Source of the DNA: Eledone cirrhosa
Taxonomy: Eukaryota
Length of the DNA: 64,000 nucleotides
NCBI GenBank assembly: GCA_964016885.1
Contig: OZ024743.1
Coordinates: forward strand, 119,226,001 to 119,290,000
Direction of reading: 5' to 3'
In this document: positions 1-16,713 of the stretch, piece by piece
How positions within the stretch are numbered: the stretch's first letter is position 1
Layout of the letters: every line of letters begins with the position of its first letter
The notes under the pieces: generated by a model
What the model saw: only the letters and a program-made list of their open reading frames with translations
What the model was told of the DNA's origin: nothing
The model's database searches: none
Made by a program: the position numbers and the translations under genes

Positions 1-168
1 GTGAAGTAGAAGGAAGGCTGGCTTACCGATCGACAGACATGATTTGTGAGTCCAGAATATTACTTGGGAAAAAGAAAGTGAGGAAAAGAACGAAAGAGGG
101 AGATACGACGATAAATTGATACAAAATGAATATTCACATGTATTTATATACGTATATATAACTATATA

Positions 169-247
169 CAGGGTGTCCCCAAAAATTGTATACACATGTT
201 TATTGAAATGGTGTTGAAGATGTATACATTTTTTTGTGGACACCTTG
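169..247. mobile_element. Tiny Tc1/mariner-type MITE
   Basis: Imperfect terminal inverted repeats CAGGGTGTCCCCAAAAATTGTATACA / TGTATACATTTTTTTGTGGACACCTTG, flanked by TA on both sides. Confidence 0.7.
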
Positions 248-305
248 TATATACATATCTATGCAAATAGTATATATATATATATATATATATACATACA
301 TACAT

Positions 306-336
<31 letters not shown>

Positions 337-519
337 AATATATATATATATAGTTAGTTAGTTACAACAGTTACACATACAGGTGCTTAAGTTTCGTTGG
401 GTTATACGCCCCAGCTCAATCAGCCTGTTATAAAAAAAGAAAAAAAAATATATATATATTTATACACGCACATACATATAATACATACATAATTACACAC
501 ACGCACAATACACACAGAC

Positions 520-579
<60 letters not shown>

Positions 580-805
580 GCATAATCTAATCATACACTA
601 CACACACGCACATGTATATATATATATGAAAGAGAGATTTATTTAATTATGTCTCATATAAGATAATACAATCAACTTTCTACAAAATACTATATAGTTA
701 GCACCCCAAACACTTAATTGGGATTATACTTAGGTATATCCTAATGTTTGTTGAGTGAGATGGAGTTGGTCAGAGTATCGCTTAAAGCTTTCTCTGTTAA
801 TGTAT

Positions 806-863
<58 letters not shown>

Positions 864-895
864 TCAATAGACAAAAAATAACTTAATAACGTCAA

Positions 896-950
<55 letters not shown>

Positions 951-954
<4 letters not shown>

Positions 955-1164
955 CGAAGGAAATGTGGTAAGGAACCAGATGGACCATAACGCACCAAAG
1001 TACTCAATACTTAGGGTAGTAGAGTGGGTAATAGGAACAAGTAGGACCCCGACGGCTGAGCTCAAGCCGTTTCGACGGGTAATTCTGGACTAAAAATACA
1101 ATGATTTTAATCCAGAATTACCCGTCGAAACGGCTTGAACTCAGCCGTCGGGGTCCTACTCGTT

Positions 1165-1169
<5 letters not shown>
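951..1169 (-). mobile_element. Fold-back element family A, copy 1 (probable Penelope-like terminal-repeat remnant) in (TA)n
   Basis: ~80-bp unique tail, then ~65-bp inverted arms (1031-1095 / 1105-1169, 3 mismatches). Flanked by (TA)n on both sides. Homologous to 4305-4512 and 59865-60059. Contains GAAAC-GGC-TTGARCTCA-GCC-GTC, the 3' half of a hammerhead. Confidence 0.7.
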
Positions 1170-1214
<45 letters not shown>

Positions 1215-1595
1215 TTAACATTAAGACAGATATTATACATGATCGTATTTATTGCATATTGTTTATGGAACCTATCGTGATATCGAGATTGTCCGGTTAA
1301 TCCTTTCTAGTCCATATGTACTCCTTGAATATAAACAGTGTGAATTATATTTCCTTCTTACAGTGTTAAGCACATTTGCCTAACTGCAAAAGTTTTCAGT
1401 ATTAATCATTATTATTGATAAAGAAGTCAGTATTATAGGGGAAATTGAAGGATAATAGTTCGGTATGTTTAGTAGAACGAACTTGGAACTATTCTTACTC
1501 TGCAAATACTTGAACCACTCAATCACGTCGCTTGCTTTGGAGCATGGATGTAGATTGTTTGTTGTAGTTGTACCCCCTTTCTATGTGCCGGTATG

Positions 1596-1665
<70 letters not shown>

Positions 1666-1973
1666 AATATGATAATAATGGAGCTGCGGCGTTGCAAATG
1701 GGATACATATGAAAAAGTGAGTCCTTCATCAGTGACCCTCCAACCGTGCCAGGCATTTCATCGCTTTAAGGGCCATATACCTCAGGTTGGTGCGAACAAC
1801 GGCTAAAAAAAGTCGTTGGGACACGTATATATATATATATAGAAACACATATATATATATATGGAAATACATATATATACAAATCTACATATAAATATAT
1901 ATGTATATGTATACATATATATATAAATGTACATATGAATATATATGTACATGTATATAAATATATATGTATA

Positions 1974-2051
<78 letters not shown>

Positions 2052-2279
2052 CACATGTGTAGCAACAAGGCTGGTGCCCCAGCATGGCCTCAGCCAGATG
2101 GCTGGAACAACTAAAAGAGTAAAAGAGTATATATATATATATAAATGTATATGCGTGTGTGTGCGTATTTACATTCATGTATATATATATATATATATAT
2201 ATTAATATACATACACATACATGTATGTATATATATATATATAAATGTATATGCGTGTGTGTGCGTATTTACATTCATG

Positions 2280-2316
<37 letters not shown>

Positions 2317-2360
2317 ATTAATATACATACATATATATGTATGTGTATATATATATATAT

Positions 2361-2400
<40 letters not shown>

Positions 2401-2495
2401 GTATATATACATATATATATTTATAGATTTATGTATGTATCTGTGTGTGTGTGTGTGTGTGTGTGCATATATGTACGTTTATATATATGTATATA

Positions 2496-2888
2496 CAGTT
2501 GTCCCCCGGTATACGCTGAAGTTACGTTCCTAGAGCACACGCGAAGAGTGAAAAATCGCGAATATTGAACGTGCTCCATAAAAATGCCTATAAACGTCAA
2601 AATATAACGTAAAATAAAATAAAAATAATAGTGAGGTCTTATGCGAAGGGGCGTCTAATAGGCCGTCAAATACGGTATATTGTTGTTAAAAATTTAGCGT
2701 TTGAAACTATATATTGCCACGAAAAAAGCCATAAAAATCGCGAAAGATATTTACGATTCCGCGAATATACGGTGGTTTCAACGAACAATTATTAGTTAGG
2801 TAGGGGTCTAAGGAAAATTGAGCGAATAACTGGAACCGCGAATGTCGGAGACGCGAATGCTGGGACCGCGAATGCCGGGTTTACACTG
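2496..2888. mobile_element. pogo/Tigger-like non-autonomous DNA transposon
   Basis: Starts TA|CAGTTGTCCCCCGGTATACGC and ends GCGAATGCCGGGTTTACACTG (imperfect TIRs beginning CAGT). CpG-rich interior with repeated CGCGAA motifs. Confidence 0.55.
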
Positions 2889-2960
2889 CATATATATATA
2901 TATAAGTTTCATAACTTAAATGGGCAGTATAGTATCAGGCCATGTCAAACACAGACACGC

Positions 2961-2991
<31 letters not shown>

Positions 2992-3382
2992 CGTGTGTGT
3001 ACGCGAAAAGGAAATGGAAACAACAAATAAAACAATACATTACAATGAAGAAATATATTATTTTAACGGTTGCTATATATATATATATATATATCAGAGA
3101 GAGAGAGGGAGAGGGAGAGATAGAGGGAGAAAGAGAGAAAGCGAATGAAAGATAGATAAACTGGTGCTGCCAATCAGATTATTTTTTTTGTAGTCACTCC
3201 CGCACATGTGCACATATGTATGCACTCGTAACTACAGACACACAGACACAGGCTGGGTTCGTTCACACAGCGTATTCTAGCACGCCTGCCTGTAACATTC
3301 TGTCTCTTCCCCTCCCCTCTCCCGCGTCCTTATTCTCTTCATCTCTCTTTCCTAACAGAAAAAATACGACGAGGAAATGATA

Positions 3383-4019
3383 AGTAAAATAATGGTTTCT
3401 GATTTAGGCACAAGGCCAGCAATTTGAAGGGGACGGGATAGTCGATTAAATCTACACCAGTGCATTACTGGTACTTTATTTTATCGACCCCGCAAGGATG
3501 AAAAGCAAAGCTAACCTCGGCGGGATTTGAACTCAGAACTTAAAGGGCCGTAACTCTATGCTGAAAAGTATGTTGTCCAGCGATCTCCCGATTCTGCCAA
3601 TCCAGCGCCAGTAAAATAATTGTTTCTACTTTTGGCACAAGGCCAACAAATACCCCAGTGCATTACTGGGACTTTATTTGATCGACCCTGTAATGATGAA
3701 AGGAAAATTAACCTCGGTGGGATTTGAACTCAGACCGTAATGGGCCGTAACTCTATGCTGTAAGGCATGGCGTCCAACTCTCAACTGATACTGCCAATCA
3801 ACTTACCTCCGACAGTAAAATAATTGTTTCTACTTTAGGCACAAGGCCAGCAATTACCCAGTGCATTACTGGTACTTTATTTTATCGACCCCGTAAGGAT
3901 GAAAGGCAAAGTCAACCTCGGCGGGATTTGAACTCAGATCGTAAAGGGACGTAACTATGCTGGAAAGCATGGCGTCCGACCCTCTACCGATACTGCCAAT
4001 CCACCGACAGTAAAATAAT
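3383..4019 (-). mobile_element. Three head-to-tail tRNA-derived SINEs
   Basis: Each ~190-220-bp unit reads on the minus strand: A-box-like TGGCAGWATCRG, B box GAGTTCAAATCC, central CTTTCATCCTTACGGGGTCGATAAAATAAAGTACCAG-like domain, tail GGCCTTGTGCC..AGAAAC. AGTAAAATAAT recurs at all four junctions. Confidence 0.9.
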
Positions 4020-4104
4020 GAAAATCAAAAGTATTTAAAAATTGTCAAAAAAAAACTGGAGATGGATGTGAACCATTGTGTGTGTGTCTGTGTGTGAGAG
4101 AGAG

Positions 4105-4598
<494 letters not shown>

Positions 4599-4889
4599 GC
4601 GAAGAGACGAAAAAGGTGACATTTTTGTAATAATTTTTGCTGGAGAAAACAATGTCAACAAAAGAAACCGAAAAAAGAAAATGAAGAATAGTAAGAAATA
4701 TATGATGGACCACTCATCACCATTTCCCTGGTGTGTGTGTGTAATTGTTTAGATAAGACCAGGATAAACAACGTTGTTATAGTTATTTTTGTTGCTTGGC
4801 TCTAGGTAAATTCTCATGAAGTTAATCAATGAAAAATATGTTACACTCATGAATATCTCTTTTATTTTCAGACTATATTATCTATTTAT

Positions 4890-4995
4890 CCCGCCGAGGT
4901 TAACTTTGCCTTTCTTCCTTACGGGGTCGATAAAATAAAGTACCAGTAATGTACTGGGTGATTGCTGGCCTTGTGCCAATAGTAGAAACAAATAT
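4890..4995 (+). mobile_element. 5'-truncated SINE, same family
   Basis: CCCGCCGAGGTTAACTTTGCC...GGGGTCGATAAAATAAAGTACCAG...GGCCTTGTGCCAATAGTAGAAAC. Confidence 0.8.
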
Positions 4996-6371
4996 TATCT
5001 ATTTATTGTGTCCGTTTTTTTAAATTGTGAAATGTGATGGCATGAGGATTTAGCTGTTGTTTATAGCGTGTCAATAGTAAAAACAAGAAGCTCCCTGGTT
5101 TGCTGGTTAGTAAATATGGTAGAGATGTGATTCATATTTGATGTGGCCAAGTCAGCGTTAATGTTATTCTTTGGCAAGGAAGGCAAGGAAAACAGATAGC
5201 GACTTCGATTGACGAAAACTACCACCAAAAACGGTTATCAAGGACTATAGATTCTAATTTATTCCTGATCTGAGGGATATTTAGCTGCCATTTCTATCAG
5301 ATTATGGGATCATGTGTAACTTTCCTCGTTGGTCAGTGGAGATAGAGATGTGCATTGTATACTACCTACCTCTGTAGGTCCTAGATATAAGGCAGCAAAT
5401 AAAGGCTTTTTGTGGTTCATCCTTTCGGGGTCGATAATTAAATTACTAGTCCACTACTGGGGTTGTTTCGTTTTTTTCTTTGTGACTCTTTCGGAATTAG
5501 CTCTAGCAGGCAAGGCGATGTCGTATTAAAAAGATGAAAATACATTCGGAAATGAGAAGCGATTAAATCTATTAGAATTTTTCCATAAAAATTCCTTGAC
5601 AATGCATAGTACTTATCAAAGACGCTATACGGGATCGTTCATCGTCCTGGTATAACAAAATATGAGAAAAGGAAAAAAAGTGCTAGTGCTACTGTAAAAG
5701 TTACCTGAGATACACCAATTGTTTCCCCATCCAATTACCGTTAAAGAAAGTATAACTAACTATCAGTCATATTAAGAATTCGTATTGCAATGTATCTAAT
5801 GGATGTTTGTGTTTCAAGCTGACGAAGAAAAAATAGGAGATACATGGTGTGTTCTGTTTACAGCTTCGTGTACTGAACCAATGAGAACTATGAGTTATAG
5901 ACTTAATCATAAAATTTAGTTATTTCTGACTAAGCACTAGGAACACTATTTAAAGTGATATTTTCGGCAATGATCTTATAACTTATTAAACATACATGAC
6001 ACTAGTTAAGTTTTATTTAAATACATTTTTAATGTAGTGAGTCAAAAATAATTTTCAACCATTCAAATTACACTCGATATGAGATGAAAATTCATTAGCT
6101 CTAATGCCAGGTTTAATTTTTTTTCTTTTTTAAAGACAACTAAGAAATACAAATTTATTAACAATTATATTGAGACATGCATTAGAGGGTGTGTTTGAGC
6201 TTTCGTAAGTATTATTAAACTATCTCAGCAAAGAATAATCTAAAACGTATGTTTTACACATTTGAACAGAATGGGGTTTCTGTGAAAATTAGCCCCTGAT
6301 AGGATTAGAAAGGTCATTCGTGAAGAATATAAAGATCCTTAATTTTCCACATACCACTATAGTATTTTTAG

Positions 6372-6690
6372 TTAGATGAAGCCATGCTGGGGTCTTCTTT
6401 TTCGCCCACTTATTCCTGAGAGGATCGTGGGCAGAGTCCTCAAACACTCCTTCCAGCAGGTGCTGTCAGAAGCAATCATTTTCAACTGATACAGTTGGAT
6501 CCCCAAGCAAGACCAGCCAGCGGGGTCTCTTCCTGGGTCTCCTGTCGGTTGGTTTCGCCCATAAAATCTGTCCAGCGATTCTTTCCTGAGGCATTCTAGC
6601 AACACGCCCATAGAATTGGAGCTATGATCTCTCACTGTGGAGAAGTAACGTCTCTGTCTGGAGTGACTCTCTGATCTCAACGTGAAGACT
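6372..6690 (-). mobile_element. RTE-clade LINE 3' end relic
   Basis: An alternative frame gives RMPQERIAGQILWAKPTDRRPRKRPRW, resembling the RTE C-terminal 'H..RM...R....L......RPRGRP..RW'. It ends in CCCCAGCATGGC, a tail also seen as isolated fragments at ~2067-2128 and ~36798-36854. Confidence 0.6.
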
Positions 6691-7591
6691 AGAAATATTA
6701 GCGAAATTTTTTGAAATCTCACCCTATTGTCTTAAAAGGAGAATGGTACATTGGAGAATGTAGTACAGTGCCCAGAGAAAAAGAAGGGGATTATAACACC
6801 TGGAATACTATATAATTTCAATCAAGGCTGATCAAGGAGGTAAGTGATGACAACGAAAATAAGAACAATCTAGGCCTTGATTTGGCTTTGTAGTTCAGTG
6901 CTTCCCTCTACATATTTGATTTAGAGTTCGTTTTTGCAGATTTTGGACTTTTGTCTTTTATAATAGCTTCGAGTCAACCAAATCCTTGCTAGCGAACTTT
7001 AGATGATGGAAACCGTGTGGGAGGCTGTCGGATGGTCACTTGCTTAACTTGGATCTTAGACTTTCTCCGTTAATCGGCTTATCATCACCACCTGGTCTTT
7101 GAGGGCATTTAGCAGTGCCTAATCTGTTGCCACCATTCGGATAAAATTTCTAGAGGCTTTGAAAATGTCATGGGTGCTTCGGCCAAGCAATAAAGAATTT
7201 GTAAATGATCAGTCAAATTGTTCACAAGAAATATTCTAGCTACGTCTATCCTTTCTTTTTATATCGTTATAATTACATCGTTCATATCACGTATTTTGTA
7301 ATATTGTGAGGTCTGATGATTTGAGAAACAATCAGTTGCTATTTCTAGTATGAGGCTCTCTTATTGGTTCGTAAGATTAACCCTGGTAAAGTTGTTTCGC
7401 CACGCTGGTCAGCCCTGATAGCGCAGACCACTAAACAAAGACATTCTAGCTGTAGCAATCCCGTCCTTCTCTTTAGATGCCCTTGCTTTACCAGGTATTC
7501 ACTTAATACCATGCAACTGGAGCTATTAACTGAAACATAATCATACTTTCAGAATTACTCCACACACGCACACACACACACGCGCACACGC

Positions 7592-7676
<85 letters not shown>

Positions 7677-7849
7677 ACTATTTCTTTAGTAGTTCCACAA
7701 AGTGAAGGAAAAAAATTAAGTCTGTGAGCATATATGTGTTTGTATGCATATTTCTAAATGCATATATCGACAGTCGATCGACTTTCGTCAAATCGGACCG
7801 AGGAAACAATGTTTCCATTGGTCTTTCCAATTGCTAATACTTCCTATCG

Positions 7850-7952
7850 GTCGCAATGCCCAAGGACATAACGCACTTCCCGGTCCAGTAATCGAACTCA
7901 TAACCTCACGATTGCGAATCCAATTCTCTAACCACTCAGCCACTATGCTTGC
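7850..7952 (-). mobile_element. Second, older tRNA-derived SINE family (head region)
   Basis: Minus strand GTGGCTGAGTGGTTAGAG (A box) ... GAGTTCGATT (B box) ... GTCCTTGGGCA. Decayed relatives occur near 22000-22130, 34170-34330, 36920-37008 and 45930-46200. Confidence 0.6.
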
Positions 7953-8609
7953 ATAGATGTAAATCTATATTTGTAGACCCATGTTTTATCCTATGAGTTG
8001 GGAATATAAATCTATATTTTCTTACTTGTTCTTTTCTAAAGTGGTAGGATGTGACTTCAGCATGTCGAACAGTCTCGGAAAGGCTCAATCACTGAGTCGT
8101 TACAATAATAACCGACAAAAGAGTGAACGAGTGAGACAGTCGATCAGACGGAAAGAGAGGCGGAAGAATCATTGAGTGAGTGAAGTAAGGATGAGGGAAG
8201 ATGAATGGAAAGAGTGAGTGAGTGAGTGAGTGAATGAAGGAGGTAGGGGTACTCAATGGAGAGAAAGTGATTGGCAAGTGGACGATTGATGAAATGAAGA
8301 TGGGCAGGGGAAACTGATAGGTCATAATGATATATGGATGGATGGATGGAGGGACGTACAATGGGGGAACGGATGCAGTGTTTGGATGGAAAGTAAGAAA
8401 AAAAAAGTGGTGGCATAATATATATATATATATATAGAATCGATAAAAAAATGAAAGACGACTGTCTGAGGCCATTCTAGGGCAACGACATTATATATAT
8501 ACATCTAAATATATATATATATATATATATTATAGTTAAAACAGAAAACAAAAACAATAGCGAAGAGTGCAGTACAAAGTGTTATTGTTTTTGTTTTCTG
8601 TTTTAACTA

Positions 8610-8671
<62 letters not shown>

Positions 8672-9149
8672 GCGAGAGAGAGGGAGAGAGAGAGGTGGCG
8701 TCGTTTTGCTTATCTAGGAAAACATTCTCCAACGTATTCTTTATTTAATTATGACGGTAATTCAGCTGCTATTTCTAGCTAGTCAAGTGACTGCTTGGAG
8801 TTTTCTTTAATTGCATCGGCAGTACACATAAGCCATAATATATAACGTATTATGTATGAAATTCTCAGAAGAAATGCAAACAGAGAACAGCAAATAATAT
8901 TGTAGAAACAAATACTAGCTATATTTCTTTGGCATGCGGAGGAGCTAAAATATTAAATGCAAGAGATAAACATATATAGCCCAGATTATTTTACTGTTTT
9001 CAGATATTGAACTATTGTGGATCTAGCTTTTCAAGTAGAATCCAATACTTATTTTATCACTATCAATTTGTGAAACCGCTAGATTCGGGAAATTTGTGTA
9101 AACGTAGTCAAACACACACACTGTGTTTGTCTTGTTTATCTTGAATTAT

Positions 9150-9258
9150 ATATACATACCAAGCATACATAAAAAGTATATATATATATATAAATACCAA
9201 ACATACATAAGAACCATACATATATATATATATATACATACCAAACATACATAAGAAC

Positions 9259-9292
<34 letters not shown>

Positions 9293-9317
9293 CATATCAA
9301 ACATACATAAGAACCAT

Positions 9318-9355
<38 letters not shown>

Positions 9356-9395
9356 ACCAAACATACATAAAAACCATACATATATATTTATATAT
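9150..9395. repeat. Minisatellite of CATACCAAACATACATAAGAACCA units separated by TA/CA runs
   Basis: About 5 visible copies. Confidence 0.75.
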
Positions 9396-9442
9396 ATATA
9401 TATACTTATACGAAGGGCAGTTTGTGTCCAAATTTTCCTCAG

Positions 9443-9854
9443 ACAGCCATTCCAAATAATTGTTTCAACGTTTGGCACAAGGCCAGCAATTACCCAGTGC
9501 ATTACTAGTTCTTTATTTTATCGACCCCGTAAGGATGAAAGGCAAAGTTAACCTCGGCGGGATTTGAACTCAGAATGGCAAGGGCCGTAACTCTATACGT
9601 CAAAGCATGGCGTCCGACCCCCTACCGATACTGCCAATCCACAGCCATTCCAAATAATTATTTCTACTATTGGCACAAGGCCAGCAATTACCCAGTACAT
9701 TACTGGTACTTTATTTTATCGACCCCGTAAGGATGAAAGGCAAAGTCAACCTCGGCGGGATTTGAACTCAGATCGTAAAGGGACGTAACTATGCTGGAAA
9801 GCATGGCGTCCGACCCTCTACCGATACTGCCAATCCACAGCCATTCCAAATAAT
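9443..9854 (-). mobile_element. Two tandem tRNA-derived SINEs of different subfamilies with a triplicated target sequence
   Basis: Full-length units ~9456-9642 and ~9654-9838. ACAGCCATTCCAAATAAT occurs at 9443, 9641 and 9837. Confidence 0.9.
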
Positions 9855-10959
9855 GGTAAGTGGAAGTTAACGTTCGCCACAGGCAGGACGATCTATAAAT
9901 GTATTGGATTCTTGATTCGGTCATTGTTTTGAATAAGCTGTCGAATGTCTGGTTGGATGGTATCTACTTTTTGTTTCGATGACAGGCTGTCCTTGGCTGA
10001 CAGGCTGTTCCCAAAGCTTAAATCTTCGTCTCGCCTATTTCCCCCCACTCTCCCTCTCTCTCGTTCCTTCTCTCACCCTCTCTGTTAATTTTTCCAACGT
10101 CTACTTCCAGAATAAATAAATAGATATATAGCCGTTGGCAAACAACGACAATGTCGCGTTCCAACTGAGGAGCCTACTCTACGTTCTTTAAACTTCCTGC
10201 TAGAAATAGAAGCCAAATTTTCAAATCACAAGCTTTCTATCATCCGAAAAAAAAAAGTAAAATCAATAGATTATTAAATCCAGTGTACACTGTGGCTGAG
10301 AAAAGGCATATCTCTCATTAACAGCCAGCCAAATTAGAGCGGATTTGGGGACTAAATAACAAGTTAATCAAATAAATGAAGACCTTCTACGCAACCGCTA
10401 CAAAACCAGCCAAGTTTCTTATAAATGAATTCCTATCCAATAAAATAAGTATAGGTAACACGCCAGGATCGAGTCAATTTTGAATTGCTTTTCTCTGGTA
10501 AATGTTGGTCTTGTGTCAATTAAAGAAAAATTAATATTCCGTGATTTAAACTGACCTAAATTTTTAAAAGAATATTGTGGCGAATTGGAAGTGTTTTAAC
10601 GCGTTGTATTAAATACCTCTGATTTATTTCCGACTCTTTATGTTTTAAGGTCAAACACCACCGTGGTCAACTTTGGGATTCGATCAGGGGCACTGGATTG
10701 GCGAACAAGATGTTTTGCAATATCTGCTCCGCCTCTGTTTATTCTGAATTCAATTTCCGCTTCTTTTTTGCAGACATTACAACTGGCAGAATGTATAAAT
10801 AAGGAAAATATTAATGAAAACTTAGTTTCCTTGGTCGAATCTAACGATTGTCTCCTTTTATTTCTAAATAAAAAAGACGGAATAGTTGGGGTCTGATAAA
10901 AATAGGTAAGTTCTACAGAATAACAACCGTATGAGTAGAACATATATAGAACCTAGATG

Positions 10960-11740
10960 AAGGCTGTAAGTGTATTAAAGCAACACGAAAAAAATCTATA
11001 TATGAAACCGATAAAATAAAAACTAGAAGCTAACTACATGGAAACAAGAGATTTAGATAAGGACAAAATAGAAACTATTAAAGAAACAAAATACAATGTC
11101 AGAATGGAATTACGAATTATAATGAAGTGAGAATGGAAAAACAAAACCACTCCATGGCCAATATTCCGAAGGATTGACAGAGAAGATATAAACCAGATTA
11201 AAAATTTTAAATAGTTCAAAATTCTAAGTTAAAAGCAGAAACAGAATGTTTGATATTATTTGCTCACAACTAACGTCTGGTGACAAACACTTACGAAAAT
11301 AAAATGGTAAAAGATCAAATGTTGACTATGCAACCAGTAAAACGAGACGGTTGATTACATCGCTACTCGGTGTCAAACCTTTGCAAAGTCCTAATATAGA
11401 CAGAGACACGATCAAGTTGTCAACTATTCCAACGCTCAGAATGAGGAGTGGAATAAACATGAACCAAACAAAATACATAACAGAGATTAGGTGGTAGTTA
11501 TCTGGAATATGCCCATCGAAACTGAAAAGAATAGATCAAGGCAAACCATGCGGATATAATAATCAAGTCTGCATGCAATCTGATAGACACCACGGACATT
11601 TATTTCCAAAATATCACCTGAAGCTACAGGCTGTCAAACTACAAGGGGCTTGAAGTTGAGACATTTGCCAATGATAATTGCATCACTTGGTATGTTAAAC
11701 AAAACATATATATAAAAACATACAAGGTATACCTGGACTC
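10960..11740 (+). pseudogene. Decayed C-terminal (RLE-side) fragment of an R4/Dong-like non-LTR retrotransposon
   Basis: Broken frames give LKAETECLI, QRHDQVVNY (RHD motif) and IWNMPIETEK, in the order expected downstream of RT in RLE-type elements. Confidence 0.55.
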
Positions 11741-11911
11741 AAAATATTAAACACAGTGACAAAAATAGAACTACTAGGTATAGCCTATATGTTTTGTAAG
11801 AGATTAGCGATTCAATAGTTAAAGTTACATAGTGAAATGCCTGATCAAAATACACTGTACAATGAGTACAATGAAATAATACACACGGCATATACTCTAT
11901 ACAATTAAAAC

Positions 11912-11960
<49 letters not shown>

Positions 11961-11980
11961 ATATATATATGTATATATAT

Positions 11981-13485
<1,505 letters not shown>

Positions 13486-14169
13486 CTAACGGATACTAAA
13501 TATACTAAATATACTAACAGCACATACACAAGCATCACTCTCTAAACAGCTGCAAAGTATTCATTCTACAAAATACACAACCACATAACTGACACTACAA
13601 GAAATAGACACCGATTATAGAACACATACAACACATATTCACCACGTATGAAAATAAATCAACTCACAATACACGTACTCTGCACTACAGAACATATATT
13701 AAGATAACACAAGACACAGCAAGCTAAACCACATACCGAATCAAAACAAATAAGTACATCGTACCAAAAAATAATACTATCAGGTACTGCACATTCCCGA
13801 GACACAGAGCTGTGCTCGGTTATGTAATGACAAGAAGGAAAAAAATTAAGACTACTAAAATCAACAGTAACAATGAGAGCAACGACAACAACGGCAACTG
13901 AGACAGCCATAAAACAGACGTACAATTATGTCGGTTTCCCAAAATATCTCTCATTCCATAATGAATTCTGAAAATAGCTTAGATCCATTTAAAAGTCTGT
14001 TGAACGACGGACGTTGTTGATATACTTATATCAATGATATACATCTGGGAAGTTTGTTTAGTAGATAAAGCAATATTTCATTTAGAACAGAGCACTAGAA
14101 CGAAAACAATATATATATAGATATATATGATTATACAGGTTTATACGTACAATTACTACAATAATAATC

Positions 14170-14200
<31 letters not shown>

Positions 14201-14334
14201 TACACACACACATATATATATATACATACATACATACACACACATACACATATATATATATACACACACACATATATATGTATATATATACATACACACA
14301 CATATATATATACACATATATATATGTATATATA

Positions 14335-14386
<52 letters not shown>

Positions 14387-15029
14387 TGTATACGTACATA
14401 CATATATGTATACAGACATATAGTAGTATGTATATATATATATATACATACATGCACACATATATATATGTACCGTATGGGTTTACCGAACATTTATTAT
14501 AATGTTCGGTTTGTTTGTAAACAAACAGCCCGAATTACGCCGTACAGTGTTCGGCAACCATCATCGCCCTTTTTTTCAATACTGACAAAGGAACGATGAA
14601 CTAGTTTAAAGCTTATTAGCAATCGTCAGCATCGTATACCTTCCTGTCAGATGATTGAACGTTTGAAAGTATATACTTTCCTTATGCATATTAACGGCTG
14701 GGCAGCCTACTTTGCATATCGAGTGAGTTAGTCGGCCGGGCGTACCGAAAACGATAAATGGAAAAGAATGATATGAAATTTCATTTCTCACTCTTCGTAC
14801 GGCTGATACTTAAATGTAAGTATGTATATATATATATATTGAAATTTGGAACGATATATCTTTCCAAAGTTAAAGCCAAAAATGATCAAGATATATTTTA
14901 CTTCTATTTCGATTTGATACTTACTTGAGCCGCCATATGAAATATCCCTCTTCTCATTTTAGATTATGCGAAAAAAGCTCTATCAACTTCATGTTTGATC
15001 TAAGAATATGTCATATTTCATAGGATTCG

Positions 15030-15400
15030 AAGATAGACTAACGCAGGCACAAAGTTCGCTAAAAGCAATTGGTGTGTGGGAACGCATTCATAACCAGTGG
15101 TTTTCCCGTTCTAGAAATGACGACTTCAGACTGGGAATGAGACAAAATAGGGTAGTTGAAGTGTACTCTATTCGATGACACTGGACGTATATGTTGCAGC
15201 AAATATATCCATTATCGTGGGCATTTTAATGTTTGACATATAGCTTTCCGACGTATATTGAAAGGGTATGGAAAACTTTTCAAGGTTGGAAATGATCTAG
15301 CTGAAATGATCTAGCTGTATGGAATCCCGAACAACGTATTGATTACTGCGCATACATGACAACTTCAAATGGTGATTTTGGACAGAGTCATAATGGAGTC
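15030..15400 (+). pseudogene. Highly decayed mariner-like transposase relic
   Basis: CAGTGGTTTTCCCGTTCTAGAAATGACGACTTCAGACTG = QWFSRSRNDDFRL, resembling mariner WF.RF..GDF.L. The rest is heavily disrupted. Confidence 0.4.
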
Positions 15401-15839
15401 TAGCCTGTTTGCATTTCTGTCGAAATACGGATTTCTAGTAGCATACTGAAACATCCTACCACCCATTTCGCACAATTTTTCATTCAAAAAATCCTATTAC
15501 TACTCTTGTATTCCACATTCGGTTTTTACCTATCTTTCAACCAACTGCTCAATTGAGCATATTTTATTTTTCCATTAATACTCTCACCTTTACTTCCAAC
15601 ACTCTTACACCTCCTTATTCAGGTTTAGTAATTTTCTTCGTATGTTCAGAGCAGGTGATGTTAGCTTGCCCAAAATCTAACTTAAATTATTTCACTTTAG
15701 AGGATTGGTTCCAATCGTAGAAGGATCTCCTTGTTAAGCATCGCCGATAAAGTCTATGCTAAGGGTCTAGCAATGTAATGTAGGGAGATTGTCGTATCCA
15801 AACTAGCTGACGAACTTTGCGGTTTTCACCCCGGACGCA

Positions 15840-16080
15840 GCACAGCCAACTAAATATTCACACTGCGGCAAGCCTTTGTGAAATCGTGGGGGTTATGTCA
15901 AGATGTATATTCTTGCTTTGTAGACTTAGGAAAGGAAGGTGACCGAGTTCCTCGTGACCTGATGTACAAGATTGTGCAGTACTATGGGATCGATAATCAG
16001 CTTCTTGTTTCCATGATGTCTCGAAACAAATACCCGAGAATTTGTTTCGGTTCATTGGTGTTAAAACGAAACCAATGACA
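15840..16080 (+). pseudogene. RTE-like reverse transcriptase fragment
   Basis: VYSCFVDLGKEGDRVPRDLMYKIVQYYGI matches the LINE RT motif FVDLEKAYDRVPR. Confidence 0.7.
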
Positions 16081-16406
16081 GCAGTGGGCACAAATGACTC
16101 AGAGGACAGAGTCCAGTGGCCACTGATCGGCAGAGAGAGACAATCCACGAAGTGGACGACGGGAAAAGGAAACACAAAAAAAAGACTGAGAGAGGAGAAG
16201 GAGAGGAAGAAGTGAGTTGGTGCATAGTAATGAGTAGAAGAAGGGAATAAAGAAAGGCGACGTACGAGACAAGTTCACACTTACACACATCTTCAACCTC
16301 ATCAGCTCTCAAACCAGCAAAATGGTTTCGCATGGCATAATTAAAAGTGGCATTTTAAAATGCTGGATCGGGCAAAAGAAAGATAAACCTTTCTGCTCGT
16401 ATAATC

Positions 16407-16481
<75 letters not shown>

Positions 16482-16593
16482 ATATATCATATTTATATCT
16501 ATCTATGTATATAAATGTATATATATATATACATACACATGCGCACAAACACATGCGCACACACACCTGCGCACGCACACACACACACACACA

Positions 16594-16713
<120 letters not shown>

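Noticed and set aside
1670-1824. TA-flanked unique segment with CTGATGA and GAAATGCCTGGCA on the minus strand
   Set aside because: There is no UH after the putative stem III and no convincing stem I, so a hammerhead cannot be supported.
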